In this document: in pieces, positions 35,901-44,494 of the stretch
Layout of the letters: the number at the start of each line of letters is the position of its first letter
Numbering within the stretch: the stretch's first letter is position 1
UHGV virus genome: UHGV-1366603
DNA from: a virus
Strand: one strand, 5' to 3'
Length of the DNA stretch: 64,000 nt
Translations under genes and position numbers: made by a program
The notes under the pieces: model-generated
What the model was told of the DNA's origin: nothing
Database searches by the model: none
Seen by the model: the letters and a program-made list of their open reading frames with translations, nothing else

Positions 35901-37295
35901 TTGCGCAGTCAATGTTGCTTGCGTTGGATACTTAGCATTAACATAATCTGTTAACTGCGGCTTCGTTTTTCCGTAAGCTAACGCTGCATCCGTCGCAATA
36001 CCATTCAACTCTAACGCACGAATCGGGCCCCAAGTGTCAGCGTGTGGGTTATCCTTACGAGTGACGTGTTCGTGTGCAGGGGCGTTGCGATAGAGTTGTT
36101 CTACTAACTGATGGTACTTAACGATTAGCTGATAAACGTCATTACTTACGTCGGCTTCTGGCGCACCAGGTAACGCAAGGAATTGAGCGTAATCGTTTTC
36201 AGCCGCCCACCAGTTTAAGTTAACGTTGGTTTTGTATTTCAGCCACTTCGCAACGTCGGTTTTGCTGTAACCTGCTGAGAATTCGTCTGGCGGTGTGTCA
36301 ACGTTAAACGTATAGTCCATGGACTGTTTGTTAGTCGTTACCTCGATAACGTATACACCATTACCCGGCTGACGAACGACACTAAACGTTAACTCGCCTT
36401 TTAATTCATCGTCGGTCAAACCGTTGATTAACGTATAATCGTAATCGGTCGAACCACTGCCTAACGCAACCGTTAGACGTAGGCCGATTTTACGTTGTTT
36501 TAATTGGAGACGAAGGATACTTGCGCCACCGTTCGCGTAACACAACATCCAATCGATTTGTTCGTTCGGATTAATACTCCCCATATTCGGAAAAATAGCC
36601 GGAATGCGGTATTTCATCGACAGGGAATATTCATTTAACGTGGTGGTTTTGTACGTAACAGAGAAACGACGTTTAGCGGTATTGTAAGTATACCCACCTT
36701 TGTTGTCGTACGTTGCGTACTGTTCAGACGTGATAACCGTGCCATTAGCGCGATGCTCGATATCTAACGTGTTACGTGCAATCGGGTCTACCCGATTCAC
36801 CACGTTACCTAACGAATCACCTAAGCCTGCAATGGCCTGCATTAATTCCAGTTCACCTTTCCAGTTTTCCCAGTCAAACTGAATATCAACCGGTGGAAAG
36901 TAAACGTCTCCGATAACGGTATCCCATTGACACGCAGACGGGTATTTATCTTTATTGAGTTCGCGTTCTGCGGTAATCTGTTCTTGGGTCGCTTCACCAC
37001 AACCTACGGCGTGGTAATCTACCGTGAAATTCGATTTGTATTTGTCGTTAACAATCCAAATCATCCCGTGCACGAGATAGGCTGTGCGCAACATACCGGT
37101 CTCGTACGGGTGTGTAATAACGTAATCGTCGCCTAAGGTCAGTATTTTGCCGCCGCTCTTGACCACCAGGGATGTGGTGAAAAAAGGGGCGTGGGCAGGT
37201 ACCAACATTCGGTACTTCGTACCAATGACGGCGACCGCTTCACCGGTTATTTTATTCCCCGGTTCTTTGAAGTGTGGGTCTAGGACGACAGCCAT
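32973..37295 (-). CDS. Large tail fibre / tailspike-like structural protein (1440 aa); first gene of the operon in this window
   Basis: N-terminal AHAPFFTTSLVVK...GDDYVITHPY module; RBS aggag upstream; divergent from the + gene at 37363. Confidence 0.6.
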   Translation of the reverse strand: MAVVLDPHFKEPGNKITGEAVAVIGTKYRMLVPAHAPFFTTSLVVKSGGKILTLGDDYVITHPYETGMLRTAYLVHGMIWIVNDKYKSNFTVDYHAVGCGEATQEQITAERELNKDKYPSACQWDTVIGDVYFPPVDIQFDWENWKGELELMQAIAGLGDSLGNVVNRVDPIARNTLDIEHRANGTVITSEQYATYDNKGGYTYNTAKRRFSVTYKTTTLNEYSLSMKYRIPAIFPNMGSINPNEQIDWMLCYANGGASILRLQLKQRKIGLRLTVALGSGSTDYDYTLINGLTDDELKGELTFSVVRQPGNGVYVIEVTTNKQSMDYTFNVDTPPDEFSAGYSKTDVAKWLKYKTNVNLNWWAAENDYAQFLALPGAPEADVSNDVYQLIVKYHQLVEQLYRNAPAHEHVTRKDNPHADTWGPIRALELNGIATDAALAYGKTKPQLTDYVNAKYPTQATLTAQKKLLRTSTTKTADGTIGTLSGFTSFTTEVDPVSMSKYVNPYFSESYVSQGRTYHGALRYTGTKNGFSASFNAVPASLQDIDFIVTGRKTASGNEAVGRAGLRFYENPGSNSGKYVEIFGEVRSGTLTIELSLHGYGNPVPSVRYISQAPDPAIPDGDFTLRFQLKRTGNVFDAVISLNGKTYSSRINFDNMDAALEALENQHHFKSLINNVADGVSISSQNKGNTVTIKKAPGVVDEKRLGAQFVVDPKSIKFIGQGSTDVNVGNNPVTLQAGGNQLVLYPDDRGLLWRGKKLLDPTTVGPYLPGNTAGGTGLFYGASTSTVELTGSGIKASPFVATFILPVAEDVTTLACWQLTDEFGTAENLAATPALIEKLDAEFTGKLVAAKSYINDMQLTSSVTIDKITFGLGNVANTPDVDLPISVAQQTELDKYSPKVHQHPSSVFGVENADTTKRGLIKFGLDVDDVTLALDGSVVMAQTSQIEDLENTVGGVDSGARVDIIRFGKSGNDLIDVTVKDKILVTLPASTYFIGGETYDVPLMSVNVTERFPNLNKEIYAGIFVDIVDNKAKYIIHDSYSQAETDTMTRVGLIGINDLSEVFVTELRNVTRLGDFRELKDHVANDNAHIQRSAPRAVLGLSNLTVGAPCWASGLQAVVRGEADWRYVVGGGYKALDGVKYDQLASKWVFDAKGVSDNVHGFIHNLFPVFNNAGMRVSWETESNAKTGTVLETVLGCWKNTDGEFMRLSLLVTRGYRLTDSNGEYCYAGFGLNFGNGKSVVLGFTPTKRVTPAPWSTLQPDVTFTHTRGANNDLTFNASLTLAGTVYTIVVYLSAVDKYVSCTAAGGTTQKIPLSDRLTGFNIAPIVNDPYTPIYYGLGGLYEDEVRANIRSTADSITGNKLYGTLLDYISNYSSLNRVRVMELAGTSSDPETLNALVATEFNNNLADYAALPIPPYLNKERVMSFIDTNNKVQAVIIRD

Positions 37296-37362
37296 TATCT
37301 ACTCCTATAGTCCGTGGGCGTCGAGTTCATACTATGACTTGAATCTATTGAGGAAAAGAGCT

Positions 37363-38625
37363 GTGACTACTGCTTATCAAGTGCGGCCTGACAGCGCTTT
37401 TGGCTTCTCTCGTGAGACCCGTACCTGGGGAGCCATCGACGTCACGCAACCCTTAGAAACCTTGTGTTCTGATTACCATATTTTCGAAGTCGGTCTGAGT
37501 GCGCTTGGTAAAGACTATACGTTAATTAGCCAATATCACCTCGCTGACTTACAAAACCGTACCGATACATTACAAGACTGGCTGAATGAAAAAGCCGGTG
37601 TGGTTATCTCTGCGTTGAAAGACGGTTTACCGACGTTAGAGTTTGATTGGGCACACTATCAATCGATTAATGCTGATGTTCCAGTAGAAACCTATCTGTG
37701 TCCTCCTGGTTATCACTACAGTCAAGAATTCAGTATAGACGATGCTGACGACGTTGTGATTGTTTGCGAAGATAAATGGAAAGACAAATACCGTAACGGG
37801 GTGCTGTATAACATCAACGGTCAATGGGTACCACATCAGTCGGATACTGTTGGTGTACGTTTACCGGGTGCAGGTAAGATAGTACGTCGTGCAGGGACAC
37901 CGGATATCGGGTGCATGGTCTTTAGTAAATTGGGGAATGTTAAAACGTACCCCATTGCTAACTTGACCTTAAACAAACTCGACACCACCCGTGACTATTA
38001 TTCCACGTTAATGATTTCTTTACCGGAATCTATTACAGGTAAAACCGTGGGGTTTGTTATCGGGGGACTGATACACTGGTTACCGGTTACTGGGTACTTC
38101 TCCGACAAAGCCATTATGGTGTCGCTACCGAACTTTGACGTTGCGCGTACTGTGTTAGAAACACGTCGCTATTACGATTGGGACAGTATTGGTGTTGGCG
38201 ATTTATCATCGCCGACCAGCGTACAGCGTATCCGCAACCCAGAAACGTTAAAGGCGCTTTTAACCCACGAGTCGTCGTTTATCTTTACGGTGGATAATCC
38301 GTATCTGGAAGAAGAAGTTGTGGGGGTTTCTCACAACGCTATCTGGGGACGTTTATACCTTAAAGATCCTACTGACCCTGACGGGGAAAAGCAGCTGGGG
38401 TATCTGTTAAACCGCTTCGGTAAAACCGTTGCCTATTGGCCGACGTGGGAAGAAGGGGAATGGGTATTTAACACCACGGAGTTCGACAGTCAAAACTACG
38501 TGTTCCGTGAAGCCCGCTGGTATAACCAGAAGAAAATTAACGATGCACAGGCAATCGTAGGGCCTTTCGGTCCCTGGGAAAAAGTCTATTTGGAAATGCA
38601 TCGTTTCCGTGCAAGAAAAAAATAA
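37363..38625 (+). CDS. Hypothetical protein (420 aa)
   Basis: Track ORF starts at 37147 inside the 1440-aa gene; trimmed to an in-frame GTG at 37363 with RBS gaggaaaagag. Confidence 0.45.
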   Translation: MTTAYQVRPDSAFGFSRETRTWGAIDVTQPLETLCSDYHIFEVGLSALGKDYTLISQYHLADLQNRTDTLQDWLNEKAGVVISALKDGLPTLEFDWAHYQSINADVPVETYLCPPGYHYSQEFSIDDADDVVIVCEDKWKDKYRNGVLYNINGQWVPHQSDTVGVRLPGAGKIVRRAGTPDIGCMVFSKLGNVKTYPIANLTLNKLDTTRDYYSTLMISLPESITGKTVGFVIGGLIHWLPVTGYFSDKAIMVSLPNFDVARTVLETRRYYDWDSIGVGDLSSPTSVQRIRNPETLKALLTHESSFIFTVDNPYLEEEVVGVSHNAIWGRLYLKDPTDPDGEKQLGYLLNRFGKTVAYWPTWEEGEWVFNTTEFDSQNYVFREARWYNQKKINDAQAIVGPFGPWEKVYLEMHRFRARKK

Positions 38626-38629
38626 GTAA

Positions 38630-38671
38630 CCTCCTACCCTCTTAGAGGGTAGGAGTAGCACGTTTTTTTTT
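38630..38671. terminator. Bidirectional intrinsic terminator
   Basis: Hairpin ctcctaccctc-ttag-agggtaggag followed by a 10-T run. Confidence 0.7.
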
Positions 38672-38675
38672 TCAC

Positions 38676-38885
38676 TTAGTCTTTTTTGTAGACGATCGCG
38701 TTACCGTGCAGTTTGTTGTTACCGGAAATACCGATAACTTTAAACGCTTCACCGCCGATCTTTTCAGCTTCGACAGCCAGCTTAGCAGTAACGTCGTCTA
38801 CGGTGTCACCGAAAGCGCTTACGTTACCAATTTTCTTGAACTCTTCAGGAATGTGTTCAGCAGAAGAGAATTCTTTAATAGCCAT
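38676..38885 (-). CDS. DUF1471 (YhcN/BhsA/McbA-family)-like small protein lacking a signal peptide
   Basis: KKIGNVSAFGDTVDDVTAKLAVEAEKIGGEAFKVIGISGNNKLHGNAIVYKKD matches the conserved core pattern of enterobacterial DUF1471 proteins (from memory); RBS ggagag; no hydrophobic N-terminus. Confidence 0.55.
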   Translation of the reverse strand: MAIKEFSSAEHIPEEFKKIGNVSAFGDTVDDVTAKLAVEAEKIGGEAFKVIGISGNNKLHGNAIVYKKD

Positions 38886-39084
38886 AGCTACTCTCCAGTT
38901 AAAGAAAGGAAGGACTGTATCGTGTTACAACCAAAGCATAAGATAGCTCCTCCCCGAAGGGAGGAGTGAGTGCGCGAAAAAAGTGGCCTGCTTAACTAAA
39001 CGATGAGGTTTAAGAAAAGTGTTGATAAGAAGCTTACCAACGTCAGGTCACAATATATAATACCAACGTAAGAAAAAGGGGAAA

Positions 39085-40050
39085 TTAGCGTGGGCCTGAA
39101 GTTGGGCCATGTACACCGTCGTGGATGTGTACGCTGAAGGTAATACCGGAAATCACCGCATCCTTAACTGTAAAGACACCCACACCTTCACCCGTACCAC
39201 CGTATTTGAAGTTCTTAGCAACTTCCAAATTACCGGTGAACATCGCTTCATTACCCTCTTGCTTAAAGTTCGGCGTTTTATACGTTGTGGAACCGGAGGC
39301 TTCGGTTAGCCACGTTTCTGTTTTAAAGGTAACCGATTTCGACGCTTCGGTATTCCGAACTTCGCATTTCTCATTAATCGTTTTCGTTTCCAGGTTAATC
39401 GAACGTTTTGCGTAAATGAACGCATCTTCTTTGTTGATGTTCACTTTCGAGAGCATCGCGTTCTCAAAACCTAAATCGTCTTCCACCGAGTTAATGTAAT
39501 ACTTATTCCCTTTATGGTCAACGCACTGCCACGACCCGTTAGCGTTATCGAATTGGAATAACCACGCCGCTTTCTCCCCGTTCACCATACTTGTTCTTAG
39601 GGTAACGTGTTTGTCAATCGTTGAGACGTTTAACACATACGCGTTCGACAAGTCATCCGCCATCTGGTTTTCAGGGTCAGCAGACCACGCGTAAACCGCA
39701 TCCTCTAATCGCTTAACGTTAGCGAAATTCAAATCAATCCAAAAATAAATATCGGTTTGCCCTAGACGTAGCAAGATAACATAATCTTCACGCTTAACGT
39801 CTGGGGAATTAATTCGATTGGAATTAAACTTCCACCACTTTGCGGTAATCGTGTTACCGGTTTTAATCGTTAGGTTGTCGGTAGCACCCCCGGCTTCGTG
39901 TACCTTTTCAGCGGTTGAGGAAACTGACTGTACAACGGTAGGGTTCGCAAAGTTGGTTTCAATGGGAATAACACTCACCCGATCCGTACCACGAGGTTTA
40001 TCTTCCGCGACGATACCAATCGAGAAAAAGTCAACGCTGGATTTCTCCAT
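39085..40050 (-). CDS. Hypothetical protein (321 aa), possibly structural
   Basis: Long ORF with beta-rich composition; no recognisable motif. Confidence 0.5.
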   Translation of the reverse strand: MEKSSVDFFSIGIVAEDKPRGTDRVSVIPIETNFANPTVVQSVSSTAEKVHEAGGATDNLTIKTGNTITAKWWKFNSNRINSPDVKREDYVILLRLGQTDIYFWIDLNFANVKRLEDAVYAWSADPENQMADDLSNAYVLNVSTIDKHVTLRTSMVNGEKAAWLFQFDNANGSWQCVDHKGNKYYINSVEDDLGFENAMLSKVNINKEDAFIYAKRSINLETKTINEKCEVRNTEASKSVTFKTETWLTEASGSTTYKTPNFKQEGNEAMFTGNLEVAKNFKYGGTGEGVGVFTVKDAVISGITFSVHIHDGVHGPTSGPR

Positions 40051-40078
40051 TAGGTCGTTCCTTAGATCGGAAATGTAA

Positions 40079-40130
40079 TCAGATATATTTTACTTAGGTG
40101 AGTAGGGGCTGAAGTGCGAATTCAGCCCCT
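40079..40130 (+). promoter_or_regulatory. Copy 3 of recurring promoter-like motif plus downstream hairpin
   Basis: TCAGATATATTTTACTTAGGTGAG followed by inverted repeat aggggctgaa-gtgcgaa-ttcagcccct. Confidence 0.45.
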
Positions 40131-40438
40131 ATGGGCACGTTTCTTTCGAAACGGAGTTACCATGTGATTAGGAGACAGACCAATGTCTACTGAGAAGAAA
40201 AGCGGATTGGACGAAGTCATCGAATTGTTCAAACGCTACAACCCGGCTATTCCTCGGTAATCATAGTATTACTTAAAATTTACAGATTGTCCCTTTATTC
40301 TGCTACTCGGGATACCGGTAGGGGGTAGGGGGCAATATGTATACGGATATAAATAGCGGAGGTATACGTAGTATACCGACATACTCTTCCCAGAGGAACG
40401 TAGTGACTTCCTTATTCCTTTTTAGGAGAATAAACCTC

Positions 40439-41173
40439 ATGAGAGAATTATTAGACGATATCTTTACCAACACCAGTTTAGAACTTTCTTCTACAGTGGT
40501 TAACGAACTAATAAAACAATCGCAACCTGCTAAGTTAGTCACTGTCAGGGTAGTTAACCCTAAAGATTATCTAGGCTGCGATATCATAAACGGTACGATC
40601 GATGAGTACGCAATTGGTATTTACGCCGACTGGGTCTTCTTTGTTCTTAATACCGAAACCGGTGTCATGTTAACCTACACGATGAGTAGTGATGTCGAAC
40701 ACGAAGTTGTAGCGAAACATATTCGCCACATTGCCAGCACGCCTACCTTTTCCGACGTTACGTTTATTGGGGGAAGCACTATGCTGACGTTATTCTCTTA
40801 CTTCCCACTGTTTAGACATGGGGTAGGGTTAATCAAGCATGTAGAAAACCTTCCCGCTGATGTAGAATTAACGTTGCTCGGTCGGGACATTAGTCTTTAT
40901 CCCTTAAAAGATAACGGTAAGTTATACGGTTTACGTATCTATGTTTCTTGGTTAGAGGGATACCGCGTTATTGAACTGATTGCATCGGATTTAACAAAAC
41001 AAATCCCAGAGGTGGAAACGATTTCTAAAGCCACCCACCTGGTTGAGATTAACCCAGACGATCCGTTTTTACAGTATCACAATGAAATTGCCCTTCGTGG
41101 TATCGCTGCCGTAAAAGGGTGGGGGTGTGCTGAGATTACGAAGGGGTATCTGCTGTTAATTAAAACCGCGTAA
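40439..41173 (+). CDS. Hypothetical protein, member 1 of a tandem four-gene paralog family
   Basis: Start at ATG 40439 (RBS aggag). Shares C-terminal G-W...G..LLF-type motif with the next three genes (weakest in this member). Confidence 0.5.
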   Translation: MRELLDDIFTNTSLELSSTVVNELIKQSQPAKLVTVRVVNPKDYLGCDIINGTIDEYAIGIYADWVFFVLNTETGVMLTYTMSSDVEHEVVAKHIRHIASTPTFSDVTFIGGSTMLTLFSYFPLFRHGVGLIKHVENLPADVELTLLGRDISLYPLKDNGKLYGLRIYVSWLEGYRVIELIASDLTKQIPEVETISKATHLVEINPDDPFLQYHNEIALRGIAAVKGWGCAEITKGYLLLIKTA

Positions 41174-41198
41174 GTAAAAACCTAAAGGAGAAAATATC

Positions 41199-41753
41199 AT
41201 GTTTCAAACTGAACTGAAAATTGAAATTATCCAAACCCTTGAAAAAGGCGTAGGCGAACATTTCTTTAGCTGTCCTTATACCGTACTGACCAATACCATT
41301 ATTCAGCCAGGCGCGATGATAGTAGGGGTGAGGGTACAAGCTGTGGAGGAAACCCCGCTGCGTCGCAACATCACTCGTAAAAACCATATCCCATTTAGAA
41401 CGGGTTTTACAGATTACTTTCAGAGCTTACTGAAAGATAGCGTTTGGAAAACGGGCAGCTTCTTCCACGAAGGGAAGACGTCCACGCTGGTTTATAAAGA
41501 AAATACCAAGTATCTGGTTGATTTTCTCTTAGCGCGGCAATACGATTTCTTTCCATCCCCTTCTGGCACCACCCCTGATAATCCAGGTAAGTTATTAAAC
41601 CAAGACGAAGCCGAAGCACTCTTTACAAAACTTCGGAATGAGCAGTGCGATGTTGACGACTGGGAAACATTGATCGCGGTCGCTAAAGCCCACGGTTGGT
41701 ATACTGTACGTAAACTCGGCCAGCAGTTGTTGTTCTTAGCTTATAATGTTTAA
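41199..41753 (+). CDS. Hypothetical protein, tandem paralog family member 2
   Basis: RBS aaaggag; C-terminus AHGWYTVRKLGQQLLFLAYNV. Confidence 0.5.
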   Translation: MFQTELKIEIIQTLEKGVGEHFFSCPYTVLTNTIIQPGAMIVGVRVQAVEETPLRRNITRKNHIPFRTGFTDYFQSLLKDSVWKTGSFFHEGKTSTLVYKENTKYLVDFLLARQYDFFPSPSGTTPDNPGKLLNQDEAEALFTKLRNEQCDVDDWETLIAVAKAHGWYTVRKLGQQLLFLAYNV

Positions 41754-41781
41754 GTAACGAAAACCCTAAAGGAGAGTAAAA

Positions 41782-42933
41782 ATGCGAAATATTATTTCTA
41801 AACCAGGACATGTCAAAATCCTAAAAGAACTGATGGACAGATGCTATAATCAGACTTGGCCTCTGCCAAGCTTAACCATCGAGTCTTCATTACAACGTGA
41901 GTTGTTTGGTTATAACTTGGGCTGCTGTGTACTTACTGAATACAATGAGATTATCGCGCCTGTCGATATCTGTACTTACGATGAAGAAATTGAAGGTTAC
42001 AAGTTCGCGGTTTACACAAATTCTGGACTAAATTACCGTAAACTCGTTGTTAGAGAAAAGAGTAGCAACCGGAAGATTATGTTTAAAGTCTTCCCAAGTG
42101 GTAAAGTCAGTAATTTATGTTTTCAGCTTGAGCAAGTGCCCTTTCACGGTGCGGACATTTTAACTAAACCAGAACTCGCGTTATTAAGCGGGTTAATCGG
42201 CTTTGAAGCAAAAACCATCAAAGTTGAGCAGGAACTTACACAAAACGATTTCGGCTCAAGTTGGTACGAAAGTTTCTTCCGCTACGAAATGTTAAGTGAT
42301 AAAGCTATCAAACTCACTTACCGTTCTACCGACGATCTCGTTTACCACATTTTAATTAGCGGCGAACCCCACCTGATTATTGAAGACAAAGGAGAAAATC
42401 AAATGTCTGCCTTAAAAGACGAATTAGCCCAATTCATTCGTGACGTTGAAGAGAAAAGCAAGAGCGATCATATTTTCTCACAACGCTATCCTGAACTTAT
42501 TGACGAAACCACCGATAGTGTTGTCGATGGTATACGCATTTTCCCAAGTGGTCTTGCAATTTACCGACTGCCTAGCGTTAACCAGCTTAAAGTCATGGAA
42601 ATGCTAAAAGACGTTTTAGCAGAAGCGGGTTGGGAATATCGCTTCGATTGCAATTTCGAAGGGATGGCGTTATTCGTTACAAAGAAAAACTATACCTTGT
42701 CAATCGATCTGCCTAAAAGTCAATACTACAGTTTCTTCCCAAAAGCGTATGACCGCACTGAAAAAGAACCTGCGATGTTACTTGATGCGGCAGAATCCAA
42801 TACGTTAATGATGCATTTGCGGTCAATTGACAAAAAGTTAAATACTAGTCATTTAACGACGATCGGTAAAGATTACGGTTGGAAATCTGTCGAACCGTAC
42901 GGCAGTCAGCTGCTGTTTGTTGCTGACCTTTAA
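41782..42933 (+). CDS. Hypothetical protein, tandem paralog family member 3
   Basis: RBS aaaggag; C-terminus DYGWKSVEPYGSQLLFVADL. Confidence 0.5.
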   Translation: MRNIISKPGHVKILKELMDRCYNQTWPLPSLTIESSLQRELFGYNLGCCVLTEYNEIIAPVDICTYDEEIEGYKFAVYTNSGLNYRKLVVREKSSNRKIMFKVFPSGKVSNLCFQLEQVPFHGADILTKPELALLSGLIGFEAKTIKVEQELTQNDFGSSWYESFFRYEMLSDKAIKLTYRSTDDLVYHILISGEPHLIIEDKGENQMSALKDELAQFIRDVEEKSKSDHIFSQRYPELIDETTDSVVDGIRIFPSGLAIYRLPSVNQLKVMEMLKDVLAEAGWEYRFDCNFEGMALFVTKKNYTLSIDLPKSQYYSFFPKAYDRTEKEPAMLLDAAESNTLMMHLRSIDKKLNTSHLTTIGKDYGWKSVEPYGSQLLFVADL

Positions 42934-43000
42934 TAAGTGAAAATACACTTTCTCTAACTGCCGCGCTTTAGTCGCGGCTTTTGTTAAGAAGGAAATAGAA

Positions 43001-43774
43001 ATGAAAGTCCATTTAGACGATATCTTTAAAACCGAACCGTATATGATCGAAGGTCCGCTAACGTCCCTACTATTCGCCGATAGACTAGATCGTACGTTGC
43101 AATTACAATCGGTCGAATCTGCACCGATTAACGATGTAGAGCGCTACGAGCGTATCAACCATACGCGGGGTGAGTATCGTCGCTATAAGCCAAACTCACT
43201 AACCATCAAACTTTGGAAAGTAAGCACAGGTAAAGTATTAACTTATCGCGCCGTTGGTAGTTATTACATTCAACAGGCCAAAGAGTGGTTAGAAAAAGTT
43301 AAAGAACTGAACTTCGATCTACTGAGCAAAAAACTGCGCGATCATAACGCCAGTTTGCCGATACGTAATTATTTCGCCACGATTGAAAATAGTCGTTGCT
43401 TCGTTTCCAGCAAGTCTATGATCTTACCCGGGGCTGATGTTCAAACAACACTGAAAGATGTGGTTGTGAAGAAAATCTTTCATGAATCTGAACACGTTGG
43501 ATTTCGTATCTATTTAACGCACAAGAGGCCATTTACCGTGATTCATGTTGTTACCGCACCCGAAGGCTCAGCAGTCGTACGTGAACTTCCTGACGCACGT
43601 GACCGCAGCCCTAATGAGCCGCTTTACTTAATGTCAGGAACAAAATCAGAATCTTTGATGTCCCGTTACAGCATGGTTGATGTTGTTGATACTGCTATGA
43701 AGTTAGGTTGGAAAGAAGTACAGCAGCACGGCAAACAATTGCTGTTTATCGCAGATGTAAATCTCAATAACTAA
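43001..43774 (+). CDS. Hypothetical protein, tandem paralog family member 4
   Basis: C-terminus KLGWKEVQQHGKQLLFIADV. Confidence 0.5.
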   Translation: MKVHLDDIFKTEPYMIEGPLTSLLFADRLDRTLQLQSVESAPINDVERYERINHTRGEYRRYKPNSLTIKLWKVSTGKVLTYRAVGSYYIQQAKEWLEKVKELNFDLLSKKLRDHNASLPIRNYFATIENSRCFVSSKSMILPGADVQTTLKDVVVKKIFHESEHVGFRIYLTHKRPFTVIHVVTAPEGSAVVRELPDARDRSPNEPLYLMSGTKSESLMSRYSMVDVVDTAMKLGWKEVQQHGKQLLFIADVNLNN

Positions 43775-43786
43775 AGAGGTGGTACC

Positions 43787-44365
43787 GTGTACCGATTAAT
43801 AGAAATGAGAAAAGACGTTTGGTTGGAAAACCTCGTCGATGGGGAGCTTGAGGGAATAGAGCTTTCCTTACCAGAGAGAGCGGACACGGTATTGGCCTTT
43901 CTGGTAAAACAGGCAGACCGTGAACCGGTAGGAATCTTCACTGTGGACTATAAAGATCCACGAGGAATTCATTTACGGAACATTTGCAGTGGTTTGGAAA
44001 ACTTACCGGCTAATCCGTTCTTAAACTACGCAAAACGTAAACTCCAAACGGGACAACACCTCTGGGTAACGTTATCGCCTGACGTTAGGATCATACGTGA
44101 CGATTACTCGGCGTTTGTACAGGCAACGAAAGTCAGTCTGTATAACCCGAACGCAGAGCGTACCGATATGCCGTTTATAATTACCTTAGAAGACGATGGA
44201 ACGCAAGAAGGTATTGAGGCAATTACGGAATTAGTAAATTCTTATCCGGTTGCCACTATTGAGTTAGAAAACCCAAACCGATTACCGTTGGGTGACCTGC
44301 TCGAATGGATCGAACTGAATACAGAATTCTTAATCAATTCTCGTCAGTATCGATTCGACGTTTAA
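43787..44365 (+). CDS. Hypothetical protein
   Basis: GTG start with RBS aagaggtgg; 192 aa; followed by terminator. Confidence 0.45.
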   Translation: MYRLIEMRKDVWLENLVDGELEGIELSLPERADTVLAFLVKQADREPVGIFTVDYKDPRGIHLRNICSGLENLPANPFLNYAKRKLQTGQHLWVTLSPDVRIIRDDYSAFVQATKVSLYNPNAERTDMPFIITLEDDGTQEGIEAITELVNSYPVATIELENPNRLPLGDLLEWIELNTEFLINSRQYRFDV

Positions 44366-44369
44366 CAAC

Positions 44370-44400
44370 GGTGGGGTGTAAGCCCCACCTTTTATTTTTT
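44370..44400 (+). terminator. Intrinsic terminator
   Basis: Hairpin ggtgggg-tgtaa-gccccacc followed by a T-run. Confidence 0.7.
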
Positions 44401-44423
44401 GTTCGCTAACATTAAAAATAATC

Positions 44424-44449
44424 TCAGATATATATTACTCAGGTGAGAG
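44424..44449 (+). promoter_or_regulatory. Copy 4 of recurring promoter-like motif
   Basis: TCAGATATATATTACTCAGGTGAGAG followed by an imperfect inverted repeat; precedes the secreted-protein array. Confidence 0.5.
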
Positions 44450-44494
44450 TTAAGATTAACTCTTTTACTTGTTAACCCCACGAGGAGCAAAACA

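Noticed and set aside
23619-37136. Many 60-160-aa ORFs on the + strand inside the three giant minus-strand genes (for example 25597-26073, 34270-34596, 34612-34959)
   Set aside because: Antisense to long uninterrupted coding frames, lack start signals, and are the number expected by chance in 14 kb.
38949-38968. Hairpin ctcctcccc-gaag-gggaggag as a terminator
   Set aside because: The T-tract lies 5' of the stem on the minus strand and there is none 3' on the plus strand; more likely a 5' leader structure of the DUF1471-like gene.
40183-40260. 25-codon ORF (MSTEKKSGLDEVIELFKRYNPAIPR) with RBS aggagacag downstream of the promoter-like motif
   Set aside because: Too short to support without conservation or expression data; may be a leader peptide or chance ORF.
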